Below are positions 12,641-23,280 of a stretch of 64,000 bases of DNA, piece after piece (within the stretch, counting starts at the first letter, position 1; every line of letters starts with the position of its first letter). The notes below the pieces were generated by a model. The model worked only from the letters and a program-made list of their open reading frames with translations. It was not told where the DNA came from and did no database searches. Made by a program: the position numbers and the translations under genes. The stretch is from an uncultured Phycisphaerales bacterium (GTDB lineage Bacteria > Planctomycetota > Phycisphaerae > Tepidisphaerales > Tepidisphaeraceae), in assembly GCA_963844715.1 (NCBI GenBank), contig CAWJPJ010000006.1:1184001-1248000 (forward strand), read 5' to 3'.

Positions 12641-13749
12641 CCCGCCATCCTTCCCCTTCGGATGCTCCACAGGATAAAACTCCCCCGTAAATTCCTTGTT
12701 CACCCTTTCCTCCTGCGTCGGCCCAGCCGCGGCTGTCTCCGCCGTCCCCGCCAATTTCTTGATGGGCGTCGGCCCCGCCGCCGGCCCCGTTGGCACAGCC
12801 GCCGCGTTCTGCCCACCCAGCGCCCCGAAGTGCGCAGAGACTCTTCCATATTCGTCGCCAGATCGTGTACTTGCTGAATACCCGCCGCCGTAATGCCCAC
12901 GGCCTCTTTCACTGGCTCCGATCCCGATCCGGACGTCGCCTTTGCCGGCTTAAACCGGCTCAAATCGTATGTCGCCGTATGCACCCGCCCAAGCCCGCCC
13001 TTCTTCATCGCCAGCAGCAGGCCCGGCCAGATAATTCCAATCACCAAAACCGATCCCCCGATCCAGGCCTCGTAAACATACTGCGGCGCTTCCCACCAAG
13101 CCGTGTGATAGGTGACCTGAATCCCCTCCTTGCTCGCATCGTTCAAGAAGTCGACGACGGTCCGGTTCAACGCCGGGTTGTAAGGAACGAAATACATGAA
13201 AAATGGGCGAAACCGGATCATCCCCCGGCTGGGCGCCGTCCGCAGCAGCTCATTGGCATTGATGATCGCATCCTCCCCCTCCGGCGTGTCCTTGCCGTAA
13301 TGGTCCTTCGTCACCGACGCCAGCGTATCCCCTCTTTTTGCGAGATAGATCATCGCCCCGGGATACGCCCGATCCCCGTACGCCCCCACCGCCCATCGCG
13401 GCGCGGCCTCGTAGGGAATCGGCGCGACCATCGTGAACGACTGAACCCCCGCGTCCTTCGGATGATCCTCCGGCACGACCAGGCAGTTGAATGTCACCAC
13501 CTGCTTCAATACCGTCCCATCCCCATACTGAAACGGCGCCGGCGGATAAATCATCACGTTGGTAATCCAAGGCTGACGATTCGGCCCCACCGGCGATTTA
13601 ATCAAATTCCTCTCAAAATCCGTCGTATCCATCGAAGCATACGTCGGGGGAAGATCCCGCATGTTCGCATTGATATACGCCAGCGCAGTCCCCACCACCA
13701 CGCTCACCACCACCCAATGCCACCACTTCATGTCCTCAACAAATCCCAT
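12629..13749 (-). CDS. Membrane protein with a LysM-like segment (frameshift near 12820)
   Basis: N-terminal TM, YLAKRGDTLASVTKDHYG...IINAN, second TM; the shifted frame ends FTGEFYPVEHPKGKDGGKSE*. Confidence 0.65.
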
Positions 13750-13796
13750 AACGTCCCCGGCTATCGCGCTATACCGCGCACAAACCGCTGAAGAAC

Positions 13797-13833
13797 TTTC
13801 CCCTCTCCCCATGTAATCATGGGGAGAGGGAAA
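13797..13833. repeat. REP-like hairpin
   Basis: tttcccctctccccatg-taat-catggggagagggaaa; related copy at 15007-15045. Confidence 0.8.
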
Positions 13834-13923
13834 AAAAGCCACCGCAAAAAAAGTAATTGTTCCACCATATAAAACGACGCTCTCATCGCGCGGCGCTCGG
13901 TCCCACTCTCAACCGCGCGGCCG

Positions 13924-14916
13924 TCATTCTTTCTTCCGCGTCTCGTCATCCGAGGCCAGCTCCGCCACCTGCTGCTCCAGATGCCTGATCCGTTCCAGCA
14001 ACTCCGGCAATTGCATCGTCAGCGACAGAACCTTCCGCCCATGCGGCGCCTCCGTTGCCGGCGAACCCATCATCAGCGCCTGATCCGGCACATCTTCCAT
14101 TACCCCCGCCTGCGCCGCGATGATCACGCTGTCGCCGATATTCAAATGCCCGACGACTCCGGCCTGCCCGCCGATCGTCACGTGATGTCCGATCTTTGTG
14201 CTTCCGGCGATTCCAACCAGCGAAACCAAAAGCCCCGCCGGCCCGATCTTCGCCCCATGCCCGATGCTGATCAGGTCGCTCATCTTCGTCCCCTTACCGA
14301 TGACGGTGCTCCCCATCGTCGCCCGCTGGATGGCCACATTGGCCCCGATCTCGACATCGTCTTCCAATATGACGTTGCCGACGGTCGGAATTTTATAATG
14401 CACGCCCTTATGCGTTGAATATCCGAACCCGTCCTGCCCGATGACCGCCCCCGCATGCAGCGTGACCCGATCCCCCAGCACGCAATCGTCGTAAACCACC
14501 GCGTTAGGATACAAAATGCAATCCTTCCCCAGCACCGCCCGCGGCCCCACGTAAACGCCGGGATAAAGCACCGACCCCGCGCCGATCTTCGCAGTCGAAT
14601 CGATAGCTGCCGACGGATGAATCCCCCGATGCGGATGCTGCCGATGCCCATGCAGCAAAACCACGGCTTGCATAAACGCGTAATACGGGTCGGCCGTATG
14701 CAGAAGCGTCACGCGATCGCTTCGCGCAGCGCACGGCGCGATCACGGCCGACGCATTCGTCGTCGCCAAAAGCTTCGCGTATTTCGGATTGGACAGAAAG
14801 CTGACCTGCCCCGGCATGGCGTCCTCTAGCGTCTGCGCCGACGAAATCACCCCCGACCCGTCCCCGATCACCACCGCGCCGATCTTTTCCGCCAGTTCCG
14901 CGATCGTCACACTCAT
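13924..14916 (-). CDS. lpxD: UDP-3-O-acyl-glucosamine N-acyltransferase
   Basis: MSVTIAELAEKIG..., SFLSNPKY, hexapeptide repeats, GQDGFGY, GNVILEDDVEIGAN. Confidence 0.95.
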   Translation of the reverse strand: MSVTIAELAEKIGAVVIGDGSGVISSAQTLEDAMPGQVSFLSNPKYAKLLATTNASAVIAPCAARSDRVTLLHTADPYYAFMQAVVLLHGHRQHPHRGIHPSAAIDSTAKIGAGSVLYPGVYVGPRAVLGKDCILYPNAVVYDDCVLGDRVTLHAGAVIGQDGFGYSTHKGVHYKIPTVGNVILEDDVEIGANVAIQRATMGSTVIGKGTKMSDLISIGHGAKIGPAGLLVSLVGIAGSTKIGHHVTIGGQAGVVGHLNIGDSVIIAAQAGVMEDVPDQALMMGSPATEAPHGRKVLSLTMQLPELLERIRHLEQQVAELASDDETRKKE

Positions 14917-15006
14917 GCTGCCTCGCTTTGCATTCGCCGCCCCGTTTCGGTTCAATGACCGCGTGCGAGACAGCGCCTTCGTCCCTCGCCGGCGTCCCCC
15001 CGTTTT

Positions 15007-15045
15007 CCCCCTCTCCCGGTACTCCGGGGGAGGGCAAGGGAGGGG
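15007..15045. repeat. REP-like hairpin
   Basis: ccccctctcccggtactccgggggagggcaagggagggg, between the divergent lpxD and xylB. Confidence 0.75.
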
Positions 15046-15126
15046 AGCGCGTTCCGTCATCGGGCGCGTTTCTCGCCCCAGGAGCGGCAGCACCATTAAC
15101 GCTCCAAACCCAAACGGAATCAACCC

Positions 15127-16662
15127 ATGAGCCATCTTCTCGGCATCGACGTCGGCACCAGCGGCACCAAAACCCTCATCGCCGCCCCCAGCGGCAAAGT
15201 TCTCGCCACCGCCATGGCCGAGCATCCCATCTCTTCCCCCAGGCCCGGCTGGTCCGAACAAAACCCGCGCGACTGGTGGAAAGCCGCGGTCATCGCCACC
15301 CACGCCGTCCTCAAAAAATCCAAAATCAAACCCACCGAAATCGCCGCCATCGGGCTCTCCGGGCAAATGCACGGCAGCGTCTTTCTCGCCGACGGACCCA
15401 AGCCGCTTCGGCCGGCCCTCCTCTGGAACGATCAGCGGACAACGGAGGAGTGCCGACAGATCGAATCCATCGCAGGCGGCCGAGCGGCTTTGGTGGACCT
15501 GGTCGCAAACCCCGCCTTGACGGGATTCACCGCGCCCAAAATCCTCTGGGTCCGCAAGCACGAGCCCAAGATTTACGAACGAACCAAACACATCCTTCTC
15601 CCAAAAGACTATTTGCGCTTCCTTCTCACCGGCGAGTACGCCACCGAAGTCAGCGACGCCAGCGGCACGCTCCTCCTCGACGTCGCCAATCGCCGCTGGT
15701 CCACTCGATTGCTCGATCTCCTGCAAATAGACGCCGCTCTCCTCCCGCGCGTGCACGAATCTCCGGAAATCACCGGCACGCTCACCAAATCCGCCGCCAG
15801 GGAACTCGGCCTCCCCCCGGGCATCCCCGTCGTGGGCGGCGCGGGCGACCAGGCGGCCGGCGCCGTCGGCAACGGCGTCGTCTCCCCGGGCGTCCTCAGC
15901 GCCGCGCTCGGGACCAGCGGCGTCATGTTCGCCCACAGCGAATCGCCTGTCCGCGATCCCCAGGGCCGCGTCCACACTATGTGCCACGCCGTCCCCGGGA
16001 AATGGTGCGTCTTCGGCTGCATGCTCTCCGCCGGGGGGTCCCTCCAATGGTTCCGCAACAATCTCGGCCAAGCGGAGGTCGCCGCCGCCAAGAAACGCCG
16101 CATCGACCCATACGAACTCATCACCGCCCAAGCAGAAATGTCCCCACCCGGCTCCGAGGGGACATTTTTTCTCCCTTATCTCACCGGCGAACGCTGCCCC
16201 TACCCCGACCCCCAGGCCCGAGGCGGCTGGATTGGCGTCACCTCCAGAACCACACGCCCCATGCTCATTCGCTCCCTATTGGAAGGGGTCACCTTCGGCA
16301 TGCGCGACGCGCTGGAAATCATGCAGGAAATGAACATCCCCATGACCCAAATCCGAGCCACCGGCGGCGGCGCCCGCAGCCGATTCTGGCGACAACTCCA
16401 GGCCGACATCTACCGCCAACCCATCATCTCGACGAATGCCGCCGAAGGCCCCGCCTACGGCGCAGCCATCCTCGCCGGCATCGGAGCAAGAGTCTGGAAT
16501 TCAGTTGAGGAAGCCTGCCAGTGCTCGATCAGGCAAATCAACCGATCGACCCCAAACAAAAAACTCGCGGATTTCTACGACCGCGCGTATGCGGTTTATC
16601 ACAAGCTTTATGGCGATTTGAAAAATCGATTCCCGGAAATGTCAACACTGACTGTCAATTGA
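15127..16662 (+). CDS. xylB: Xylulokinase
   Basis: [48 protein letters not shown]. Confidence 0.95.
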   Translation: MSHLLGIDVGTSGTKTLIAAPSGKVLATAMAEHPISSPRPGWSEQNPRDWWKAAVIATHAVLKKSKIKPTEIAAIGLSGQMHGSVFLADGPKPLRPALLWNDQRTTEECRQIESIAGGRAALVDLVANPALTGFTAPKILWVRKHEPKIYERTKHILLPKDYLRFLLTGEYATEVSDASGTLLLDVANRRWSTRLLDLLQIDAALLPRVHESPEITGTLTKSAARELGLPPGIPVVGGAGDQAAGAVGNGVVSPGVLSAALGTSGVMFAHSESPVRDPQGRVHTMCHAVPGKWCVFGCMLSAGGSLQWFRNNLGQAEVAAAKKRRIDPYELITAQAEMSPPGSEGTFFLPYLTGERCPYPDPQARGGWIGVTSRTTRPMLIRSLLEGVTFGMRDALEIMQEMNIPMTQIRATGGGARSRFWRQLQADIYRQPIISTNAAEGPAYGAAILAGIGARVWNSVEEACQCSIRQINRSTPNKKLADFYDRAYAVYHKLYGDLKNRFPEMSTLTVN

Positions 16663-16803
16663 AAATACACCTGTCAGTCACATCGCCTAATCATCGTTGG
16701 ACTGAAGCCCCCCCAAAATCCTTGCTCAGCGGTATCATGGCGGCTAGAAAAGCTTAAATGCAGATGACAGCGGGTTGCTCTTTATTCACAGTGGACGTTC
16801 CAA

Positions 16804-18613
16804 ATGCCTGACGTTGAACTAATTCAGCTTTTAAATCGACTTGAGAGCTCGGCCGAGCCGCTGGAAGAGTGGACGATCTATACAGAAATCTTGCGAATAC
16901 GGCCCGAAATCGCACACCATATTATCCACCCAGATTTCTTCGAGGCTAGTGCGGAAGCCCTAGCCTTCGCGATTTGCGAGCCGTTGGACGAATCTGACAG
17001 GGAAGGTTTATTTTTGAACTTTCGCGAAAACGGCGCATGGGCAGCGGTTGCGCAAGATCAGCAAAGAGTTTTGCAGTATTGGGCCGAGCGTGCCGGCGCG
17101 ACAGCCCACCCCGTACTACGCGCGAGGTACGCCGGTCTCGTATGGGAGCTTGAAAATCCACCGTCCGTCGAGATGGCGCGGGCGTACATCGATGCCGCGG
17201 TGGCGATGAGCCAGGCGAGTTGCCATAAGTATGAAGGCGACGTGATGTTCAGGCTGGAGTATGGACTCGGGCTCGCCATTCGGATCAACGACGGCGCGCG
17301 CATTGACGCCGTCCGTAACGCCATCATTGGATTTGAAAAGCAAATCGGCGATGACGGGGCGATCGGAACTTGGGGTCGCGCCTTTGACTTGCTCTGCGAG
17401 AACAAAAAAAGCCGAATCACGGACGAGCAACGGCGAAATCTAATCGTCGATCTCGAAGATCGCCTCGAGCCGCATTTCCAATCCCGCGGTCGAGGGAGGT
17501 GGGCTGGATCCCCATGGATCTGAAGCGGCTGCTCGCCGCCTGGCACGCTATTATCGCAAGGCCGAGCAATTGGGAGACGTTGAGCGCGTACTCATAAAGG
17601 TTGGCCGCGCTTTCGAGGCGTTTGCAGCTACCGCAGATCCCTTACTTGCGCAGGCGTGGTTTGCCGACGTCGAACGACTTTACCGCGAATTCGGCCTCAT
17701 AGAAAACGCTTCACGGCTGCGAACGAAAATCCGCGATCTGGGACCAAGCGCAGTTCGTCGGCTCGTTCCTTTTCGACAAGAGATCGAGATCAAGCAAGAG
17801 GACATCGATCGATACGTATCTAACATAGTTGAGGGCAACGATGACACCGTCGTCGCGCAGTTTATTATCTACCACATTCCCCGTCGTCGCAAGACAGAGA
17901 AGCGCCTGAAGAAAATCTCTTCCAAAACGCCGGAGATGTTAGTCGGTCATCAGACGATCGTTGATCCGGCAGGCAGGCCCGTCGTTTCGCTCGGGTCCCT
18001 CGAGAGCGACATCGACGGACACATAATGATCCACACGAAGCGCGAGATCGGATTTGTGTCGATTTATATGCGAGCCGTTATTGAGGCGATGATTTCACGC
18101 CGCATCATCGATACTGAAAAGGTGCTAGCGCGAGTGGACGGCTCGCCGCTTTTCGATAGCAGTAAGCGACCAATTATTGAGCAAGCTCTAAAATTCTATT
18201 TCGATAAAAAGCCCATGTTGTTTCTTCATTTGGCGATCCCACAAATTGAATCCGCGGTCCGCAAATTGGCGGAGTTGTTAGGGGTAGATACATACCGACC
18301 TAATCGCGTAGGTGGAATGGATCTGCGCAGCATGGACGATCTTTTACGCGAGCAAACAGTCGTAGAAACATTGAAAAGCGACGTCACAGATTATTTTCGC
18401 ATGCTTTACACAGACAAGCGGGGTATCAATTTGCACAACGATTTATGTCATGGGATGTTGCCGACGGAAACGTTTGGAATCGGCTTGGCCGACCGTGTTT
18501 TTCACACGCTCCTGCTCCTCACGCTAATTAAGGCCGCACCCAACGAGGGCTCCCATGCGGGCTCGGAGACGACGGACCGCAGCAGAATTGTGTCATCGGG
18601 AGAGCAAAAATGA
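16804..18613 (+). CDS. DUF4209-like (HEPN-type C-terminal domain) protein (frameshift near 17470)
   Basis: HPVLRARYAGLVWE N-terminal motif; HLAIPQIESAVR and GINLHNDLCHG C-terminal motifs; AT-richer than the host. Confidence 0.75.
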
Positions 18614-19002
18614 ACAAACGCCCTAATCGACGCAGGAAATCCAGCAGAAACGATACGAGGATCGTCGTCGGAAGCACCAACGTCTTCGCCGATTTGGGAA
18701 TCCCCGACGCCGACAAACGATTCGCTAAGGTCCAACTCGCCTACCGAATTCATTTGTTGATTGACAACCTAGGCCTGAGGCAAACCGCCGCCGCCAAGGT
18801 GCTGGGAACAGATCGCGCGAGTATCTCCAATCTCGAGCGCGGGCGACTCGCGGAATTTTCCATCGGCCGCCTGGGTCGGATGCTACGTCTTCTTGAAGAG
18901 ACCGTGGATGCGAAAGCGGCCCAATCAGCACTGGCCGAAATGCGGCGAAATAAGCAGAAGCCAATCCCGTGGGAACGGGTCAAAGCAAAGTTGGCCCTCT
19001 AG
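18610..19002 (+). CDS. XRE-family HTH protein, HigA-like antitoxin
   Basis: GSTNVFADLG...LRQTAAAKVLGTDRASISNLERGRLAEFSIGRL; ATGA overlap with the upstream gene. Confidence 0.85.
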   Translation: MNKRPNRRRKSSRNDTRIVVGSTNVFADLGIPDADKRFAKVQLAYRIHLLIDNLGLRQTAAAKVLGTDRASISNLERGRLAEFSIGRLGRMLRLLEETVDAKAAQSALAEMRRNKQKPIPWERVKAKLAL

Positions 19003-19004
19003 TC

Positions 19005-19943
19005 CTACCCCACCAGCGCCTTCCCGCAATGCGCCTCCAGCACCCTCAGCGGGCACCGCTCCGGCGTCACCATCGCCTCCAGCGGCACGATAAACGTCTG
19101 CTCCGTCATGAACTGCCCCGAAATCGCCGCATGCGGAACCTGGTCGGTATATACCATCCACGTCGCCCCCGGTGCGAACTCCAGGTGAATCCTCTCCCAC
19201 TTGTTCTGATATTCCTGGCTCTCCTTGAGGAAGTCGTGGAAATTCAGCATGAACTCGTCGTAAGCCGAGCGGTCCAGCCCCTTCACGCCGACCGACTTCA
19301 TCACCGGCGCAAACGTGTGGCGGAGCTTTTCGCCGACCGATCCTGATCTGGCCGCGAACTTCGGCAATCCCGCGTCGTCCGCGAAGGTCTTCACCAATTT
19401 GTCGAACTTATCCGTCGTCTCCCAAACTCGAGGCCGCGATGGATTGATATTCGTAAACACGCGCAAAATGCGGTCCCCGTGCGTCGGCCGGCTCGGGAAC
19501 GCGTCCACGTGCATCAAATCGTTCCGCTTGTGCACCGACAGATCCCGCCCCTTCTCCTCCAGCGGCCGGAAGCTGGCAAAATCCAGCTTCCGCAATCTTG
19601 AATACGGTTCAAAAAACGTGTCCACGAACTTGGTCACCTGTTGCGAATACCGCCGCATGATGTCGTGCAGCTTCTCATTGTCTTCCTGCGTCTCGCACGC
19701 GTCCCCGCGCAGCGTGTCCTCCTTCGGCCGATACGAAACATTCTTATGAACCTTCAATCCGCTTTGTTTTTGCGAGAGCAGAAATTCCCGATCCGCGGCC
19801 GGAAAATCGAAAGGCGGCGTATCGAACACCAAAATCTCGCCGTCCTCGAGCATCGAGCAAAAATGCCTCGACAGCTCGACCCCGCGTCCCGCTTCGCGCC
19901 AGCCGCCGGGAAACCCGAATTCAGTCACTTTCAGCATACCCAT
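19005..19943 (-). CDS. Kdo hydroxylase family protein (KdoO-like)
   Basis: KNVSY, ASFRP, LMHVDAFPSRPTHGDRILRVFTNINP, TDQVPHAAISGQFMTEQTF. Confidence 0.85.
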   Translation of the reverse strand: MGMLKVTEFGFPGGWREAGRGVELSRHFCSMLEDGEILVFDTPPFDFPAADREFLLSQKQSGLKVHKNVSYRPKEDTLRGDACETQEDNEKLHDIMRRYSQQVTKFVDTFFEPYSRLRKLDFASFRPLEEKGRDLSVHKRNDLMHVDAFPSRPTHGDRILRVFTNINPSRPRVWETTDKFDKLVKTFADDAGLPKFAARSGSVGEKLRHTFAPVMKSVGVKGLDRSAYDEFMLNFHDFLKESQEYQNKWERIHLEFAPGATWMVYTDQVPHAAISGQFMTEQTFIVPLEAMVTPERCPLRVLEAHCGKALVG

Positions 19944-20027
19944 GACAAGCCTCCTGATCTCTGCAACAACCAAACCGGCCCGCCGCGTCCTTTGCGGCCG
20001 CCGCCCCAATCAATCTATATTATTTGC

Positions 20028-20489
20028 ATGCTTCGCTCAATCGCACCCCCGCTGGTCTGCCTCGCCTGGGCCCTTTGGCTCGGCGGCCTGGGCGCCACCT
20101 TCCTCTTCGTAACCCGCCTGTTCATCTATGACTACGCCTTGGGCGTCCAGGCGGTCCCCGTCCTGTTCCACGCCTTCGAGAAATATCAGCTTATCCTCGC
20201 CGCCCTGGCCCTGATTGCCGCCGCCCTGCTGCGCATCGCCCGCCGCTCCCGCTCGACAACCCTCCTCTTCTGGATGTTCGGCGTATCCGCCTTCCTCGCC
20301 GCCGCCCAACCCATCGCCCTCACTCCCCCAATGGAAGCCCTCCGCCACGCCGGCGAAACCCACACCCCCGCCTTCCAGCGCCTCCACACCGAAGCCTCCA
20401 CGCTCTATTTCACAGAAACCCTCATCCTTCTCGCGGCAGGATGCGTAATCCCCGCCGCGATTCGGCCGCCCTCAAAATTAAAAACTTAA
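20028..20489 (+). CDS. DUF4149-like membrane protein
   Basis: LWLGGL, four TM helices, LTPPMEALR, AFQRLHTEAS. Confidence 0.7.
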   Translation: MLRSIAPPLVCLAWALWLGGLGATFLFVTRLFIYDYALGVQAVPVLFHAFEKYQLILAALALIAAALLRIARRSRSTTLLFWMFGVSAFLAAAQPIALTPPMEALRHAGETHTPAFQRLHTEASTLYFTETLILLAAGCVIPAAIRPPSKLKT

Positions 20490-20584
20490 ATTGAACCGCA
20501 GAGACCGCAGAGATTAAGTTCAGAATTGATTTCGCAATTTTCTGCGCATTATCCGTGTTATCCGCGAAATCCGCGGTTAAATTT
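20488..20584. repeat. Imperfect inverted repeat (ccgcaga/tccgcg units)
   Basis: aaattgaaccgcagagaccgcagag ... tctgcgcattatccgtgttatccgcgaaatccgcggttaaattt, between convergent genes. Confidence 0.75.
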
Positions 20585-20593
20585 CTTTAAGGA

Positions 20594-22195
20594 TTAGGTC
20601 GAAAGCACTTCCGGATTTTCCCCAGCCAGCGCCGCCGCAGCCGCAGCCGCAGCAGCCTCCGCCGCCTCGGCCAATTCTCCCGCCTGGCGATGCATCTTCA
20701 GCAAAACGTGCATGCTGTTGAACCCCACATAGAAATACCCGCCCGCGAAGATGCACAAAAATGGCACGCTCGAAATGCAGAAACTGTAATACACGCTGAT
20801 AAAAATCCAGCACGACATGTAACACCCGAACGCCACTTCGATGATCGGCAGCGCCATCCGGCGCAGCGTCAGGAATCCCGCGCTCCGCCACATCTCGTTC
20901 ACGCGCCCCGCCGCGCCATACTTCGGCGTCCGCACAAACTCGCTCGGCTTGCGCCGGATCGCGCCCCAGACCGCTTCCAAAACCGCCTTGCAATTGTTCA
21001 GGCTCATCCCCACGCCCAGGGCCATCAGCATCGGCATGTATAAAATCGCCTTGACTACGCCCTCCGCGCCCAACAGCTCCCGCTGGCTGTACACGAAAAA
21101 CGTGCTCGCCGAGCAGGTCGCCAGCACAAACAGCGAAATCGCAAACAGCGACTGCGCCCAGTGAATATGTTCCTTCAGCGGGCTGTAAAAGCTCAAAAAC
21201 GCCGGATACATCAGCAGCGTCAGCGCCACCATCAGCACATAAACGATCGTGTTCGTGAGGTGGAAAAACGCCTCGGTCTTGATCCGCCCGGACAGATGTT
21301 TCGAGCGCAGCACCTTCGGCAGCAGCTTGATCGCCGTCTGGCACGACCCCTTTGTCCAACGATGCGCCTGCTGCTTGAACCCGATCATCTCCGGCGGCAA
21401 TTCAGCCGGGGCGCAAAACTGCGGCAAATAGACGAACTGCCATCCCCTCATCTGGGCCCGATAGCTCAAATCCAAATCTTCCGTCAGCGTGTCGTGTTCC
21501 CAACCCCCGGCGTCGTTGATCGTCTTCCTGCGCCAAACTCCGGCGGTCCCGTTGAAGTGCATGAACCGCCCGCTGCGGTTCCGCGCCGTGTGTTCGATCA
21601 CGAAGTGCCCGTCCAGAAAGATCGCCTGGCAATTCGTCAGCAGCGAAGCATCCCGGTTCAGGTGGTCCCAGCGAACCTGAACCATTCCGACCTTCTCGTC
21701 CGTGAAATAATCCAGCACGTTGTAAAGAATGTCCCGCGGCGGAACGAAATCCGCGTCGAAGATCGCGATGAATTCCCCCGTCGCCTGCGGGAGTCCGTCG
21801 GCCAGGGCGCCGGCCTTGTATCCCACTCGATTGGTGCGATGAACGTACTTGACGGGGAACCCCTTGGCCGCCCATTTCTCGCACGCGAGCCGCGCGATAT
21901 CCGCCGAGTGATCCGTACTGTCGTCCAGAACCTGGATCTCCAGCTTCTCCAGCGGATAGTCGATCCGGCAACTCGCCTCGATGATCCGCTCCGCGACAAC
22001 ATCTTCGTTGTACATCGGGAGCTGCACCGTCACCTTGGGAAGCTCGACAAATTGCCCCTTGGGCTTGTAACCCTTGTGCCGGTGTTTGACGTAGAGATAG
22101 AGCAGCACGTACCGGTGGAACCCGTACAGTGCCACCAGGGTAAGAACGCAGATATAAACGTAAACGGTAAGGTTATCGGATAACCGGTCCAGCAT
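20594..22195 (-). CDS. Processive family 2 glycosyltransferase (CslA/CesA-like)
   Basis: QLPMYNE, DDSTD, KAGAL, FDADF, TEDLDLS, QAHRW (QxxRW), C-terminal TMs. Confidence 0.93.
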   Translation of the reverse strand: MLDRLSDNLTVYVYICVLTLVALYGFHRYVLLYLYVKHRHKGYKPKGQFVELPKVTVQLPMYNEDVVAERIIEASCRIDYPLEKLEIQVLDDSTDHSADIARLACEKWAAKGFPVKYVHRTNRVGYKAGALADGLPQATGEFIAIFDADFVPPRDILYNVLDYFTDEKVGMVQVRWDHLNRDASLLTNCQAIFLDGHFVIEHTARNRSGRFMHFNGTAGVWRRKTINDAGGWEHDTLTEDLDLSYRAQMRGWQFVYLPQFCAPAELPPEMIGFKQQAHRWTKGSCQTAIKLLPKVLRSKHLSGRIKTEAFFHLTNTIVYVLMVALTLLMYPAFLSFYSPLKEHIHWAQSLFAISLFVLATCSASTFFVYSQRELLGAEGVVKAILYMPMLMALGVGMSLNNCKAVLEAVWGAIRRKPSEFVRTPKYGAAGRVNEMWRSAGFLTLRRMALPIIEVAFGCYMSCWIFISVYYSFCISSVPFLCIFAGGYFYVGFNSMHVLLKMHRQAGELAEAAEAAAAAAAAALAGENPEVLST

Positions 22196-22378
22196 GTTTT
22201 ACGCTCTTAACGCTGTGGCGACGGATTCCTTTCCGCCCGTGAAACTTTCGACCAACCCACAAATCTGATTTCGTCGCCGTTTCACTCTTCGATTCTAAAG
22301 CGAAAGAGTCGAAGTACGTTGCCCGGTTGATTCCCATCGACCCAACTCCCCCCTCTCGGGGATCAAAGGTCAATCGCG

Positions 22379-22408
22379 ATTCTAAGCCATTGCAACGAAA
22401 AGTGTCAA
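22379..22408 (-). promoter_or_regulatory. Sigma70-like promoter for the GT2 gene
   Basis: Minus strand reads TTGACA-18 nt-TAGAAT. Confidence 0.55.
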
Positions 22409-22460
22409 CAACTGTCTGTCCGGCAAACAATTATGCCTCTAAAGCATCCTAAAACCCATA

Positions 22461-22494
22461 AAGAAAAAACCGCGCTGCTTCACAACGCGGTTTT
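22461..22494 (-). terminator. Rho-independent terminator after rplQ
   Basis: Minus strand: aaaaccgcgttg-tgaag-cagcgcggtttttt, a GC stem followed by a U-tract. Confidence 0.75.
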
Positions 22495-22586
22495 CATCTT
22501 CGATTCCCGTAAATTTCGTCGTCAATGTAATTTCGCTCACTCGAACGCCGCCGGCGCTGCCGTGCGGGCGTTCGCGCGTCGCAGAA

Positions 22587-23162
22587 TCAGCTCCCCGAAC
22601 CCTCCGTCGCCTTCTCCGAACTCTCCGCGCCTTCCTTCTTCGCCTCTCCCTCGACAGATTCCCCTTTCGCCTTCTTCAAAACCCGCGTCGCAAACTGATG
22701 CTTTCGTTCGTTGCGCTTGCGGCGCAATCCCGCGCTGCGGCGGATCGTCCCTCGCGGCGCCGCCTTTTCCGTCAGAAGCTGCAGAAGCACGAGGCTCCCG
22801 CCGTCTCCGATCCGGAAATCGCTCAGCTTGATGATTCGCGTGTAGCCCCCCTGCCGATCGGCGAACTGCGGCGCGATATCCGCGAAGAGTTTCTGCACGA
22901 CTGTCTGCCCGGTGAATTCCTGGTCTTCATCCGTCAGGCGCCGGTCGCGTAAAATCGCCGTCGCGCGCCGCCGCGCGTTGACGTTGTTCTGCCGGGCCAG
23001 GGTGATGAGCTTTTCCGCCATCGCCTTGACTTCCAGCGCCTTCGGCCGGGTCGTGCGAACCTGCCCATGCTCGAACAAACTCTGCACCAGATTGCGCCGC
23101 ATCGCCAGCCGATGCTCGCTATCCCGGCTCAACTGCCTGCCAAATATCCGATGACTACTCAT
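22587..23162 (-). CDS. rplQ: 50S ribosomal protein L17 with C-terminal extension
   Basis: LSRDSEHRLAMRRNL, TTRPKA, GGYTRIIK. Confidence 0.97.
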   Translation of the reverse strand: MSSHRIFGRQLSRDSEHRLAMRRNLVQSLFEHGQVRTTRPKALEVKAMAEKLITLARQNNVNARRRATAILRDRRLTDEDQEFTGQTVVQKLFADIAPQFADRQGGYTRIIKLSDFRIGDGGSLVLLQLLTEKAAPRGTIRRSAGLRRKRNERKHQFATRVLKKAKGESVEGEAKKEGAESSEKATEGSGS

Positions 23163-23223
23163 GACTCATCTCCATCCCACAAACGCCGAAGCGCCTCCCG
23201 CCGCCAAAGCCGACGGATCGCTT

Positions 23224-23244
23224 GCCCTGAGCTTGTTGAAGGGC
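23224..23244. repeat. Short REP-like element
   Basis: gccctgagcttgttgaagggc; near-identical copy gccctgagcttcgtcgaagggc at 42796-42817. Confidence 0.65.
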
Positions 23245-23280
23245 CATCCGTCGGGCCCCAACCAAGAGCGGAAGGACCCA

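Noticed and set aside
13924..16131. 735-aa extended LpxD
   Set aside because: The N-terminal 400 aa are antisense to xylB plus a REP element; the real start is 14916.
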